From Okamejei kenojei (Eukaryota), in NCBI GenBank assembly GCA_035221665.1, contig CM069138.1, positions 15,562,001 to 15,626,000 of the forward strand: a stretch of 64,000 bases of DNA, written 5' to 3'. This document shows positions 13,240-23,624 of the stretch, one piece after another (position 1 is the stretch's first letter; every line of letters begins with the position of its first letter). The position numbers were made by a program, and so were the translations under genes. The notes below the pieces were generated by a model. That model was given only the letters and a program-made list of their open reading frames with translations, was not told the origin of the DNA and made no database searches.

Positions 13240-14820
13240 CTTCACACCCAATCACCCACACCCACAATAGAGGAGGTGGAGAGGCTTTTCAGAGGACAAA
13301 AGAGCTGGAAATCTCCAGGACCTGACAATGTTTCCCCCTCTACTCTTATGCTCTGTGCCAAACAGCTGGCACTGGTCTATACAGACATTTTTAACCAGTC
13401 CCTGCAAACATGTACCGTCCCTGCCTGCTTCAAAGTCTCCAGGATTGTCCCTGTACCCAAAAAGGCAAAGATTACTTGTTTTAATGACTACAGGCCAGTC
13501 GCACTGACCACTGCAGTCATGAAGACACTCGAAAGGCGTGTACTGGCCAAGCTGAAAAATATCACAAATTCCCTGCTGGACCCTCTGCAGTTTGCATATC
13601 AGGCCAATAGATCTGTGGATGATGCAGTCAACCTGGGCCTGCACTTCATCCTACAGCACCTAGGCCTCCAGGGGACCTATGCAAGGATCCTGTTTGTTGA
13701 TTTTAGCTCTGCATTCAACACCATTGTGCCAGAGCTACTACACTCCAAACTTTCCGAGTTGACTGTGCCTGAACCCCTCTGTCAGTGGATCATCAACTTC
13801 CTGACAGACAGGAAGCAGCATGTAAGGCTGGGAAAGCACATCTCGGACCCGCAAACACTCAGCATAGGAGCACCGCAAGGCTGCATACTCTCTCCTCTCC
13901 TCTACTCTCTCTACACGAAGGACTGCACCTCCACAGACACCTCTGTCAAGCTTCTCAAGTTTGGGGACGATGCAACCCTGATTGGACTGATCCAGGATGG
14001 GGAGGAATCTGCCTACAGCTGGCGTACTGGTGCCGTAGCAACAACCTAGAGCTCAATGCTCTTAAGACAGTGGAATTGATTGTAGACTTTAGGAGATCTC
14101 CCCCTCCCCTCACCCCACTCACCATCAACAACACCACAGTCACATCTGTGGAGTCTTTTAAGTGCCTGGGAACCATCATCTCCAAGGACCTTAAGTGGGG
14201 GTCTACCATCGACTCCACAGTCAAAAAGGCACAACAGAGGATGTACTTCCTGCGGCAGCTGAGGAAGCACAATCTGCCACAGGCAATGATGGTCCAATTC
14301 TACACGGCCATCGTAGAGTCTGGTCTCACCTTGTCCATCATGGTCTGGTTTGGCTCAGCCACCAAGCATGACACCTGGAGGCTGCAGCGAATCGTCCGTG
14401 CAGCAGAGAAGGTTACTGGCTGCAACCTTCCCTCCATTGATGAACTGTACACTGCAAGGGCCAGGAAGCGAGTGGGCAAGATCATCTCTGACCCCTCTCA
14501 CCCTTAGGCCACAAACTCTTTGAATCACTTCCCTCTGGATTGTCAAAGCTGCCATAGCCAGACATAAAAACAATTTTTATCTACGAGTAGTTGCTCTACT
14601 CATCAGCCAAAAATCTGTAGCCTCCCTTTGATCTGGTATTTTGTTGGTTCACATGCTTGATCAATGGTGTTTTATCATTAATGTTTTATTATTATTAATC
14701 TTTAGTGTTTTCTGAGTTATTCGTAACTGTCACTGTATGTCATGTTGTTACTTATGGGCAGAGCACCAAGGCAAATTCCTTGTATGTGAATACTTACTTA
14801 CTTAACTTACTTACTTACTT
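13240..14820 (+). mobile_element. Rex1/Babar LINE, 5'-truncated, disrupted RT
   Basis: ORFs 13201-14049 and 13785-14507: [44 protein letters not shown]; (ACTT)n tail. Confidence 0.9.
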
Positions 14821-15367
14821 AAGGCAATCGCTGTTCTGACACCAGCATTGCCAAACTGAATATGACAGATAATGTCACATCAAAACACAAAATGCACACA
14901 AAAGCACAGGCAAATCTGTGAAAGTACAGGATCAATGTTTCAGGTCTTTCAGAACTTTAAATATTTTCTCCAGCTAATGCCATGTGCTAAAATCAAATGG
15001 ATAATTGTTTTTTTGCGGATGCAGATTAATTGATATTGCTATCTTTGTGGAAGTGTTGAGTATGTAGAAGTATTCCATGGCCCTCATAGGCCCTCATAGT
15101 TACTGATATGCAGATGTAATATTTGCATCCTTGTTTTCTGGGCTTGAGTCGTATCTCGTTACTCGATTCACGGAGATATTGGTGAACGTTCCTCTTATTC
15201 TTCTACATGAAAGAGTTCTCATTCTCTGCTGTTTGTAATATATAGAGTCATAGAGTGATACCGTGTGGAAACAGATCCTTTGGCCCAACTTTCCCACACC
15301 GGCACCTGCCCCGGTATAAGAAGCAACCTTCCACTATCACCCTCTGCTTCCGTCCATGAAGCCGGTT

Positions 15368-17032
15368 TAATAATAATAATAATAATAATGTAATTTATTG
15401 TCATTGCCCAGAGGTGCAACGAGATTTGGTATGCAGCTTCCATCCGATGTCATAACTCAATCAACTAAAAATTTAGATACCCAGAGAAACATGATTTATT
15501 AAAAAAAAGTAATTGTTAAAGTGCAAATAGGTCTGTGCCAGGTCGATGTGCGACGTGACCATCCGAGGGAGACAGTCCATGGGGGTGGGGGAACTCAGCA
15601 GGGCCGGTTCAGAGCAGCTATAGCTCTGGGTATGAAGCTGTTCCTGAGTCTGGAGGTGCGGGCGTAGAAGGCCTTGTAACGTCTGCCGGAAGGTAGAAGT
15701 TCGAGCAGACTATTGCATGGGTGTGAGGAGTCTTTGTGAATGCTGACGGCCTTCCTGAGGCACCGTGTATAGTAGATGCCCTCCAAGGCTGGTAGCTGTG
15801 TCCCAATTATCTTCTGCGCTCTGTGGACGACGCGCTGAAGAGCTCTCGTCTCCGCCTCCGTGCAGCTGAGATACCACACAGAGATGCCATATGCTGGTAT
15901 GCTCTCTGTGGTGCAGCGGTAGAAGGTTGTCAGCAGCTGTTGGGGCAGACTCAGTGTTCTCAGGAAGAACAGTCGTTGCTGTGCCTTCTTGACCAGCGCA
16001 GCGGTATTTGTGGACCATGTGAGGAAATGTGTGTTCCCAGAAACCTAAAGCTGGACACTCTCTCCACACTGTCCCTGTTGATAGAGATTGGAGCATATTC
16101 CCCATTATGTGACCTTCTGAAGTTGATAATCAGCTCCTTGGGCTTAGAGGTGTTTAGGGACAGGTTGTTATCTGAGCACCAGTCCGCCAGGTTCTGCACC
16201 TCCGCTCTGTAGTGTGTTTCATCGCCGTTGGTGATCAGCCCGATCACCGTTGTGTTGTCTGCAAACTTGACGATGGTGTTGGTGTCGAATCCAGGAACAC
16301 AGTCGTGTGTGAAGAGGGAGTAGAGAATGGGGCTCAGTACACAGCCCTGTGGTGTGCCAGTGCTCAGGGTGATAGTGGAGGACAGGTGCGGACCCAGTCT
16401 CACTGCCTGCGGTCGCTCCATCAGGAAATTCAGGATCCAGTCGCATATCGACGAGCTGAGGCCTAGCTGGTGGAGTTTGGTGGTGAGCTTGGTGGGGATG
16501 ACTGTGTTGAAGGCAGAGCTGTAGTCTATGAAAAGCATCCTCATGTACGTGCCCTGTCTTTCCAGGTGAGTCAGGACAGTGTGAAGAGCCAGAGAGATGG
16601 CATCCTCTGTGGATCTATTTGCCCTGTATGCAAATTGATGTGAGTCCAGTGCGGCAGGGATACTGGATTTGATGTATGAGAGGACCAGCCTTTCAAAGCA
16701 CTTCATGGATATTGGTGTTAAGGCGTTAAGGGTAGTCATTCAGGTTGGTGTTTTTTACTTTTTCGGCACCAGCACTGGCACTATGGTAGCTGACTTCAGG
16801 CACTTGGGGACCGTTGCCAGAGATAGAGACAGGTTAAAGATCCTTGTGAATACCTCAGCCAGCTGTACAGCACAGTCCTTTAGTACCCTTCCTTGGATTC
16901 CATCCGGGCCTGCAGTCTTGCGTGAATTGACCCTTCGCAGAGCGCACTGTACATCCTGTGTGCTCAATGTTAAGACCTGTCCCTCCGCCATGGCCAAGGT
17001 TATTCCACTTCTGGTGGTGTTGCCAGTTTCGA
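15368..17032 (-). mobile_element. Rex1/Babar LINE, 5'-truncated, second subfamily
   Basis: ORF 15960-16739: [40 protein letters not shown]; (ATT)n tail at ~15368-15390. Confidence 0.9.
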
Positions 17033-17426
17033 ATCCATTCTATCCATTCAGATATCTTTCTTGGATCCCATGCGATCTAACCTACCAGAGCAGCCTACCA
17101 TGCAGAACCTTGTTGATATTAATATGTAAAGCTAAGTGGGACCCGTTGGGTCCCAATATCACATGGGAGGGCTGGTCCCCCAATGCAATATTCCACCTCT
17201 CCACCAATTCCAATATTGGTGGCCAGTGGGCGGAGGGGTGGAGGTTCTGGAGAGCTAGTATGGGTGCTGTGGGCTGAAGGGACTGGTTTCCAGGGGGCTA
17301 GTATGGACATTGTGGGCCGAATGGATTATTGGGCTGGCAGCTCAGTCACTCAAGCCTGTTGTGCTGGCAGCTCACTCACTCATGGCTGGTGGGCTGGCAG
17401 TTGACTCACGGCTATTCCTTGAAATT

Positions 17427-17594
17427 CCATTTCAAGCAGGGTGCAAGGACACCAAATTCAAGTGCAGTTTCTTACCACTTCAAGCAGGGTGCAAGGTCAC
17501 CAAATTCAAGTGCAGTTTCATACCACTTCAAGCAGGGTGCAAGGCCACCAAATTCAAGTGCAGTTTCATACCATTTCACGCAGGGTGCAAGGTC
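17427..17594. repeat. 48-bp tandem repeat, ~3.5 copies
   Basis: CCAYTTCAAGCAGGGTGCAAGG... units start at 17427, 17475, 17523, 17571. Confidence 0.95.
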
Positions 17595-17908
17595 AAAAAG
17601 ACAGTGAGTCGTGAACTCTCCCTCCTCCATCTTGCAGAGACTGACCCATTCCCACATTTCTAGGTTTCATATTCCCTCCCCCCTCCCACTTCATAACGTG
17701 ATTCACAGGAGAGAGAATCTAAACATTTTTTAAACACTAATAATTCTTTTATTTTTCATCGATGGGAAAAATCCTCGGCACCTGATTAGCAGAGGAGGAT
17801 TCTGAGTAAGATGTCCAAAAATAACAGCCGTACGTGGTAGCGTTTTTCCTAAAATCAATATAAAGCACAAACAGGAAGAGGTCAAGATTAGACTTTTAAT
17901 TATATAGA

Positions 17909-18321
17909 AGGCAAGGCAACTATAATTAGGCAAGGCAACTTTAATTAGGCAAGGCAACTATAATTAGGCAAGGCAACTTTAATTAGGCAACACAGCTTTA
18001 GCATTTCTAAACCAAAGGCAACACAGCTTTAGCATTTCTAAACCAAAGGCAACACAGCTTTAGCATTTCTAAACCAAAGGCAACACAGCTTTAGCATTTC
18101 CAAACCAAAGGCAATACAGCTTCAGCATTTCCAAACCAAAGGCAACACAGCTTCAACATTTCCAAACGAAAGCCAACACAGCTTCAGCATTTCCAAACGA
18201 AAGCCAACACAGCTTCAGCATTTCCAAACCAAATGCAACACAGCTTTAGCATTTCCAAACCAAAGGCAACACAGCTTAAGCATTTCCAAACCAAAGGCAA
18301 CACAGCTTTAGCATTTCCAAA
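17909..18321. repeat. Compound minisatellite: 4x19 bp then ~11x31 bp
   Basis: AGGCAAGGCAACTWTAATT x4 (17909-17984), then AGGCAACACAGCTTYAGCATTTCYAAACCAA x~11. Confidence 0.95.
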
Positions 18322-18535
18322 CTATATTTTCAAACCACATTAAAGGCACTGAAAGGTCAGTAAAACCACTCACAGTTTAGTTGACATGTGTTCAGTGTTA
18401 TTCACAGCTCAGACTGAGAGACTCTCGCTCCCCCATCTTGCAGAGACTGACACACTTTTTATCTCTCACGCACCGTGAGAAGTTATGGGGAGAAGGCAGG
18501 AGAATGGGGTTAAGTGGAGAGATAGACCAGCCATT

Positions 18536-19305
18536 TATTTTTAGTCTGTTTAAAAAGTATGTTTTGGAGGTTTCTTAGTCTTTTTATGTGGGGGACGTGG
18601 GCAGGGTAAGGGGGAAACCGTTTCTCAGACACTTCCTGGCGATTATTCTCTGAGTCACATCTTCGCCCCCCTCATGGCCTACCAACTGGATTGGCACAGC
18701 CTTTCCTGCCGGAGAACGACCAGAGCTTCAGCGGCAGCGCAGCACTGGATTCATCGCAGAGCGGGCGATGCCTTATGGGGAGATCACCGTTTGAAGCTCC
18801 GGAGTGTTGGGCCTGCTGCTTCAACATCGTGGAGCTGTGGTTTGCGGAGCTCCCAGCCGAGGGCAGTGCTGATTTCAACCTCGTGGAGTCCTGTTGATCC
18901 CTTTGCCGAGGGCCGCCAGTGTGAATCTCCGCCCAGCTCGGCCTGCGGACTTCGGGAGCTGCGGTCTCCGATAAGAAGTGGCCGATTCGGAAGTCCAAGC
19001 CGCTGAGAATGTTCTTCCATTCCGACGTTAGTGTTCCATCATCCCGGCGAGAGGGCCTGAACATCGTGCCGCTCGTAGCGGCGACTGCGGAGGGGCTTGG
19101 GAGGCCCCGACTGTAGATGAACAACAGAGAGGAGGATGACTGAACTTTGGTGCCTTCCCTCACAGTGGGAAACTTTGATGCCGCTGTGTGGGGATGTTTA
19201 TGTTCAAGTCTATGATGTGTGATGTGTTCTTTTTTATTCATATGGCTGTATGGTGACCCCAAATTTCACTGCACCAATTGGTGCATGTGACAATAAATGT
19301 CTCTT
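18536..19305 (+). mobile_element. Unclassified GC-rich interspersed repeat with LINE-like 3' end
   Basis: Start resembles the reverse complement of 56790-56880; ends GTGACAATAAA; splits a CR1 3' UTR (18480-18535 / 19306-19360). Confidence 0.45.
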
Positions 19306-19407
19306 GAATGGCGGGGTGATGGGCCAAATGGCCTAAATACACTCCTATTCCTTATGATCCTCACTCACACACACTCACTCTCTATCTCTCTCACTCATAC
19401 TCTCTCA

Positions 19408-19549
19408 CTTCTTCTTTTTCTTTCGTGTGGCGTGCACAACCTAAAGTTGTTGGACAACTTGTTCTATTTGCTCTTCTGTTTGTGCATGTCGAGTTGATTG
19501 CATTAGTCAAAACAGGGCGGACCACGTGAAGGTTGCAATCTTCCACCCC
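19408..19549 (-). mobile_element. ~140-bp non-autonomous Vingi/Ingi-type short retroelement (ribozyme head plus GAA-rich tail)
   Basis: Minus-strand 3' end CGCCACACGAAAGAAAAAGAAGAAG resembles the Vingi end at ~57400 (AAACGCAAGAAGAAGAAG); 5' end is an HDV-like fold. Confidence 0.7.
19496..19549 (-). ncRNA. Minimal HDV-like self-cleaving ribozyme (predicted)
   Basis: GGGGUGG-AA-GAUUGCA-ACC-UUCACGU-GGU-CCGCCCU-GUUUUGA-CUAA-UGCAAUC: P1 7 bp with G1-U wobble, P2 7 bp perfect, P3 3 bp, L3 UUCACGU, J4/2 CUAA with putative catalytic C. Confidence 0.75.
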
Positions 19550-19742
19550 ACACGCTAACTCACACTCACACACACTCTGTCACACACTGTCTCTCTCTCA
19601 CTCATTCTCTCTCACTCTCACACACTCGCTCTCGCACTGCACTGTCTCACTCACACTTTCACTCACGCAGGTGTGTATACCAAAGATACTAGAGGAGTGG
19701 TGTATACATTGTATACAATCTCTCTCTCACACACACACACAC
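19550..19742. repeat. (CA/CT)-rich low-complexity tract upstream of promoter
   Basis: Interspersed CACA/CTCT runs; tract also extends to 19360-19407. Confidence 0.85.
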
Positions 19743-20134
19743 GCAGGGCGGAGCACGCCGATCCGTGCCCCGCCCACTCCGCCCGGCGCCTGACGTCAGC
19801 GCGCAGGTGTGGGTGCGGGGGGAGGGGCAGCGGCAGCGGCAGCGGGCGGGCCTGATGGCGGCGGCGAGTTCCGTGTTTACACCCGAGAGGAGGACGCCGA
19901 GCAGAGCGCGGTGTCACTGAGCGAGAGGGCAACGTCGACAGAAGCGGGGCGGGGGGTGGGAGGCAGACAGACGGAGAGAAGAAGAGGAGGAAAGGAAGAG
20001 TGAGAGAGAGAGAGAGATGCATTTGGCGGCTTGAGAACGGCTTCCTCCCAGAATTAAACCAAGGAAGGCGCAAGGGGCGGCAGGCAGGCGGCGAAGACGA
20101 CGGGCGCTTGTGTGTTGGTCGCCCGCGGAACGGG
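19743..20134 (+). promoter_or_regulatory. CpG-island promoter / 5' UTR of RALGAPA2
   Basis: CpG-dense; GC boxes (GGGCGG 19746, CCCCGCCC ~19768), full CRE TGACGTCA 19791-19798, YY1-like ATGGCGGC 19855; immediately upstream of the start codon; TSS unknown. Confidence 0.8.
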
Positions 20135-20240
20135 ATGTTTTCCAGAAAGCCTCATGGAGACGTCAAGAAATCTACACAGAAAGTTCTGGACCCAAAGAAG
20201 GACGTGCTGACCCGCCTCAAGCACCTGAGAGCTCTGCTAG
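20135..20240 (+). CDS. RALGAPA2: Ral GTPase-activating protein catalytic subunit alpha-2, first coding exon (106 nt, phase-1 intron follows)
   Basis: [35 protein letters not shown] matches the remembered human RALGAPA2 N-terminus ([36 protein letters not shown]); consensus donor AG|GTGAGT at 20240/20241; DPKKDV and RALL favour A2 over A1. Confidence 0.93.
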
Positions 20241-20336
20241 GTGAGTGAGTGGGGCACACCTGCAGTTGCCATGGATGCCCCTGGGTGGGACTGATAACCA
20301 TGGTGATTTCACTGCAGCCTTCACTCCATGCTTTGC

Positions 20337-20968
20337 CCCCTCCCTCCCCCCCCTCCTCCCCCCCTCCTCCCCCCCCCCTCCCCCCCTCCTCCCCCCCCCT
20401 CCTCCTCCCCCCCCTCCTCCCCCCCCCTCCTCCCCCCCCCTCCTCTCCCCCCTCCCCCCTCCTCCCCCCCTCCCCCCCTCTCCTCCCCCCCCTCCTCCCT
20501 CTCCCTCCCCCCCCCTCCCCCCCCTCCCTCCCCCCCTCCTCCTCTCCCCCCTCCCTCCTCACCTCCTACCNNNNNNNNNNNNNNNNNNNNNNNNNNNNNN
20601 NNNNNNNNNNNNNNNNNNNNNNNNNNNNNNNNNNNNNNNNNNNNNNNNNNNNNNNNNNNNNNNNNNNNNNNNNNNNNNNNNNNNNNNNNNNNNNNNNNNN
20701 NNNNNNNNNNNNNNNNNNNNNNNNNNNNNNNNNNNNNNNNNNNNNNNNNNNNNNNNNNNNNNNNNNNNNNNNNNNNNNNNNNNNNNNNNNNNNNNNNNNN
20801 NNNNNNNNNNNNNNNNNNNNNNNTCCCCCCCCTCTCTTCCTCCCCCCTGCTCTTCCCTCCCCCCCTCTCCTCTCCCCCCCCCTCTCCTCCCCGCCCCCTC
20901 CTCTCCTCTTCCCTCCCCCCCCCTCCTCTCCTCCCCTCTCCTCCCCCCTCCTCCTCTCCTCTCCCCCT
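20337..20968. repeat. Polypyrimidine (C-rich) tract spanning an assembly gap (N 20571-20823)
   Basis: Almost pure C/T on both sides of 253 Ns. Confidence 0.9.
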
Positions 20969-20977
20969 CAAAATCCT

Positions 20978-21137
20978 CACGTGCTACCTGCGTGACGTAT
21001 CCCTTGCGCACGCTGACGTACTGATGGCGTACGATGAAGTACTGGCGGTGTACGTTTAGCACGTGGTGATGCACGAACGTTGCACGTCAGTCACTACCGG
21101 CCTGTCGCGTAAATGACGCCCTAGTGGGACAGGTCCT
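20978..21137. mobile_element. Right end of a Harbinger-like MITE
   Basis: Ends AGTGGGACAGGTCCT|TTA, the same TIR class as 5449-5979 and 51685-52710; left end not seen. Confidence 0.5.
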
Positions 21138-21509
21138 TTACTGAAACTCACTTGAAACTTACCGTGTTTTGAAACATGAATTTGTTGTCTGATTGATTTA
21201 TGCAGTTGTGAAGCTCACTACTGCAATGGAAAACTAAACAAGTTTTTGAATATTTTGTGCAGTTCGTTTTGGTTTTCTTACAATATGTAGGAAATTAATT
21301 GAGAAAGAAACTGCTGATGCTCGAATCTTGGGCAAAACATAAAGTGCTGGAGGAACTCAGCGGGTCAGGCAGCATCTGGGGAGGAAATAGACAGTCTATG
21401 TTTTTGGTCTGAGGAGGTTCCTGACCGAAAATATCATCTATCCATTCCCTCCCCAGATGCTGCCTGACCCAGAGTTCTTCCAACACTTTGTGTTTGTGGG
21501 AGATTCATG

Positions 21510-21930
21510 TCTGATGAAAGAATGGGTCGATTGGGCTTATATTCACTGGAATTTCGAAGGATGAGAGGGAAACATATAAGATTCTCAAAGGATTGGACAG
21601 GCTAGATGCAGGTAAAATGTTCCTGATGTTGGGGGAATCCAGAACCAGGGGTCACAGTTTAAGAATAAGGGGTAGGTCATTTAGGACTGAGATGAGGAAA
21701 AACGTTTTCAACCAGAGAGTTGCGAATCTGTGGAATTATCTGCCAGTGGAGGCCAATTCACTGGATGTTTTCAAGAGATTTAGCTCTTGGGACTAAAGGA
21801 ATCAAGGGATATGGGGGGAAAAAAGCAGGAACGGGGTACTGATTTTAGATGATCAGCCGTGATATTATTGAATGGCGGTGCTGGCACGAAGGCAGAATGG
21901 CCTACTGCACCTATTTTTCTATGTTTCTAA
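21510..21930 (+). mobile_element. CR1 3' fragment (preceded by Penelope palindrome ~21300-21495, followed by minus-strand Rex1 tail ~21935-22175)
   Basis: ORF 21593-21796 SRTRGHSLRIRG..LWN; the Rex tail matches the reverse complement of 14560-14800. Confidence 0.8.
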
Positions 21931-22889
21931 AGGATCTAAGTAAGTTTATTGGCCAAGTATTCACATACAAGGAATTTGCCTTGGTGCTCCGCCCAGGTAA
22001 CAACATGACATACTGTGACAGTTATGAATGACTCAGAAAACACTAAATATCAATAACATTAAAACATTAATGATAAAACACCATTGATCAAGCATGTGAA
22101 CCAACAAAATACCAGATCAAAGGGAGGCCACAGATTTTTGGCTGTTGAGCAACTACTCGTGGATAAAAACTGTTTTGTCATAGAGTATATATTCGATTAT
22201 TGAACACAATGCATAGCCTTGAGACTTGAAATAAACTTTGTTAGTTTTCGGTCTTAACTATCTGATGAAGTCTGTTTTCTACATCGTTCCCTCGTTCTAC
22301 ATTCTAACCATGAAGAATCTGCAGTCAGCTTGAAATTGCACAAACCATGCTCAGAAAGTGTGCTATTTTCTTTGTTAGGTGCCCTAAACAAAGTTGGCGT
22401 GTGAGTAGGCCACTCAGCCAAAGAAGTCTGCTTTGCTATTTAATGATCGTGGCTGATCTGATTGCTGCCTACCTATGGTATTCCTTTCTACCTATGGTGA
22501 TGTTTCCTCACCTCGCTTATCAAACATTTACCTACATTTGCCTTGAACAGATTAAAAAGCTTTGTTTGAACACTCAGCCCATTATGAAAACCTTCTACCT
22601 TATCATCTTGAATTGGAGGCCACTTATTTGTAAACAGTTTTCTCTCCTTCTTGATTCTTGCTCATGAAAAATCATCCTCTCTACAACAATCTTCTCAACA
22701 CCTTTGAAGTTCAGTAGAACCCTCTTCAACTCGATATCCAACCTTTTTTCCATAAACCAAATTTCTTATTGCAGATATCAGTCTCCGAAACCTTCTCTGA
22801 TTTATTTCCAATGCATTAATGTCTGTAAAAGGACACCAGAACTGCTCACAGTTCTTGCCATTCTCCTAACTAACTCAAGTATAACCTTG

Positions 22890-23624
22890 GGTACACAAAA
22901 AGCTGGAGAAACTCAGCGGGTGCAGCAGCATCTAAGGAGCGAAGGTGATAGGCGACGTTTCGGGTCGAGACCCTTATTCAGACTGGTCAGGGATCAGGGA
23001 AACAAGAGATATAGACGGTGATGTGGAGAGATAAGGAACAATGAATGAAAGATATGCAAAAAAGTATCGATGATAAAGGGAACAAGCCATTGTAAGCTGT
23101 TTGTGGTGTGAAAATGAGAAGCTGGTGCGACTGGGGTGGGGGAGGGAGATAGAGATAGAGGGAATGCCAGGGCCCGAGGGCTGAGGGAGAGGTGGGAAGG
23201 GGAGGAGACAGCAAGGATTAACAGAATTGAGAAAATTCAATGTTCAAGCCCAAAGGATGCAGACTCCCCAAGCGGATTATGAGGTGCTGTTCCTCCAGCT
23301 TGCGGTGTTGCTCACTCTGGCCGTGGAGGAGGCCCAGGACCGAGAGGTCGGATGCGGAATGGGAGGGGGAGTTGAAGTGCTGAGCCACCGGGAGGTCGGG
23401 TTGGTTATTGCGGTCCGAGCGGAGGTGTTCGGCGAAGCAATCGCCAAGCCTCCACTTGGTCTCACCGATCTCTCGTTTCCCTGATCCCTGACCAGTCTGA
23501 AGAAGGGTCTCGACCCGAAACGTCGCCTATCTCCTTCGCTCCTTAGATGCTGCTGCACCCGCTGAGTTTCTCCAGCTTTTTGTGTACCCTCGATTCTCCA
23601 GCATCTGCAGTTCTTTCTTTAACA
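22890..23624 (-). mobile_element. Penelope-like element: GIY-YIG C-terminus plus 3' UTR flanked by inverted terminal repeats, 15-bp TSD
   Basis: Minus strand 23220-23470 encodes IGETKWRLGDCFAEHLRS..VAQHFNSPSH..GLNIEF; ~120-bp inverted arms 22890-23010 / 23470-23588; direct repeat TCAAGTATAACCTTG at 22875-22889 and 23625-23639. Confidence 0.85.
23497..23524 (+). ncRNA. Minimal type-I hammerhead ribozyme core in Penelope terminal repeat (predicted)
   Basis: CUGAAGA-A-GGGUC(UC)GACCC-GAAA-CG-UC; palindromic ACGU stem III; stem I only ~2 bp. Confidence 0.55.

Larger units (their letters stand above)
17125..18460 (-). mobile_element. Putative non-autonomous Helitron-like element with internal minisatellites
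   Basis: GC-rich hairpin TGGGACCC-GTT-GGGTCCCA (17138-17156) near one end, internal tandem arrays, no TIR/TSD; terminal CTRR is not clean, so classification is inference. Confidence 0.4.

Noticed and set aside
17310-17663. Repetitive-protein ORFs
   Set aside because: Open only because the 48-bp unit is a multiple of three
17909-18321. CRISPR-like periodic array
   Set aside because: Contiguous tandem units without unique spacers, no cas genes, vertebrate context
20000-20134. N-terminal extension of RALGAPA2 in ORF 20000-20248
   Set aside because: Starts at GTG in a GA repeat; homology begins at ATG 20135
20245-21074. Long Pro-rich and Gly-rich ORFs
   Set aside because: Artefacts of the C-rich tract and N gap
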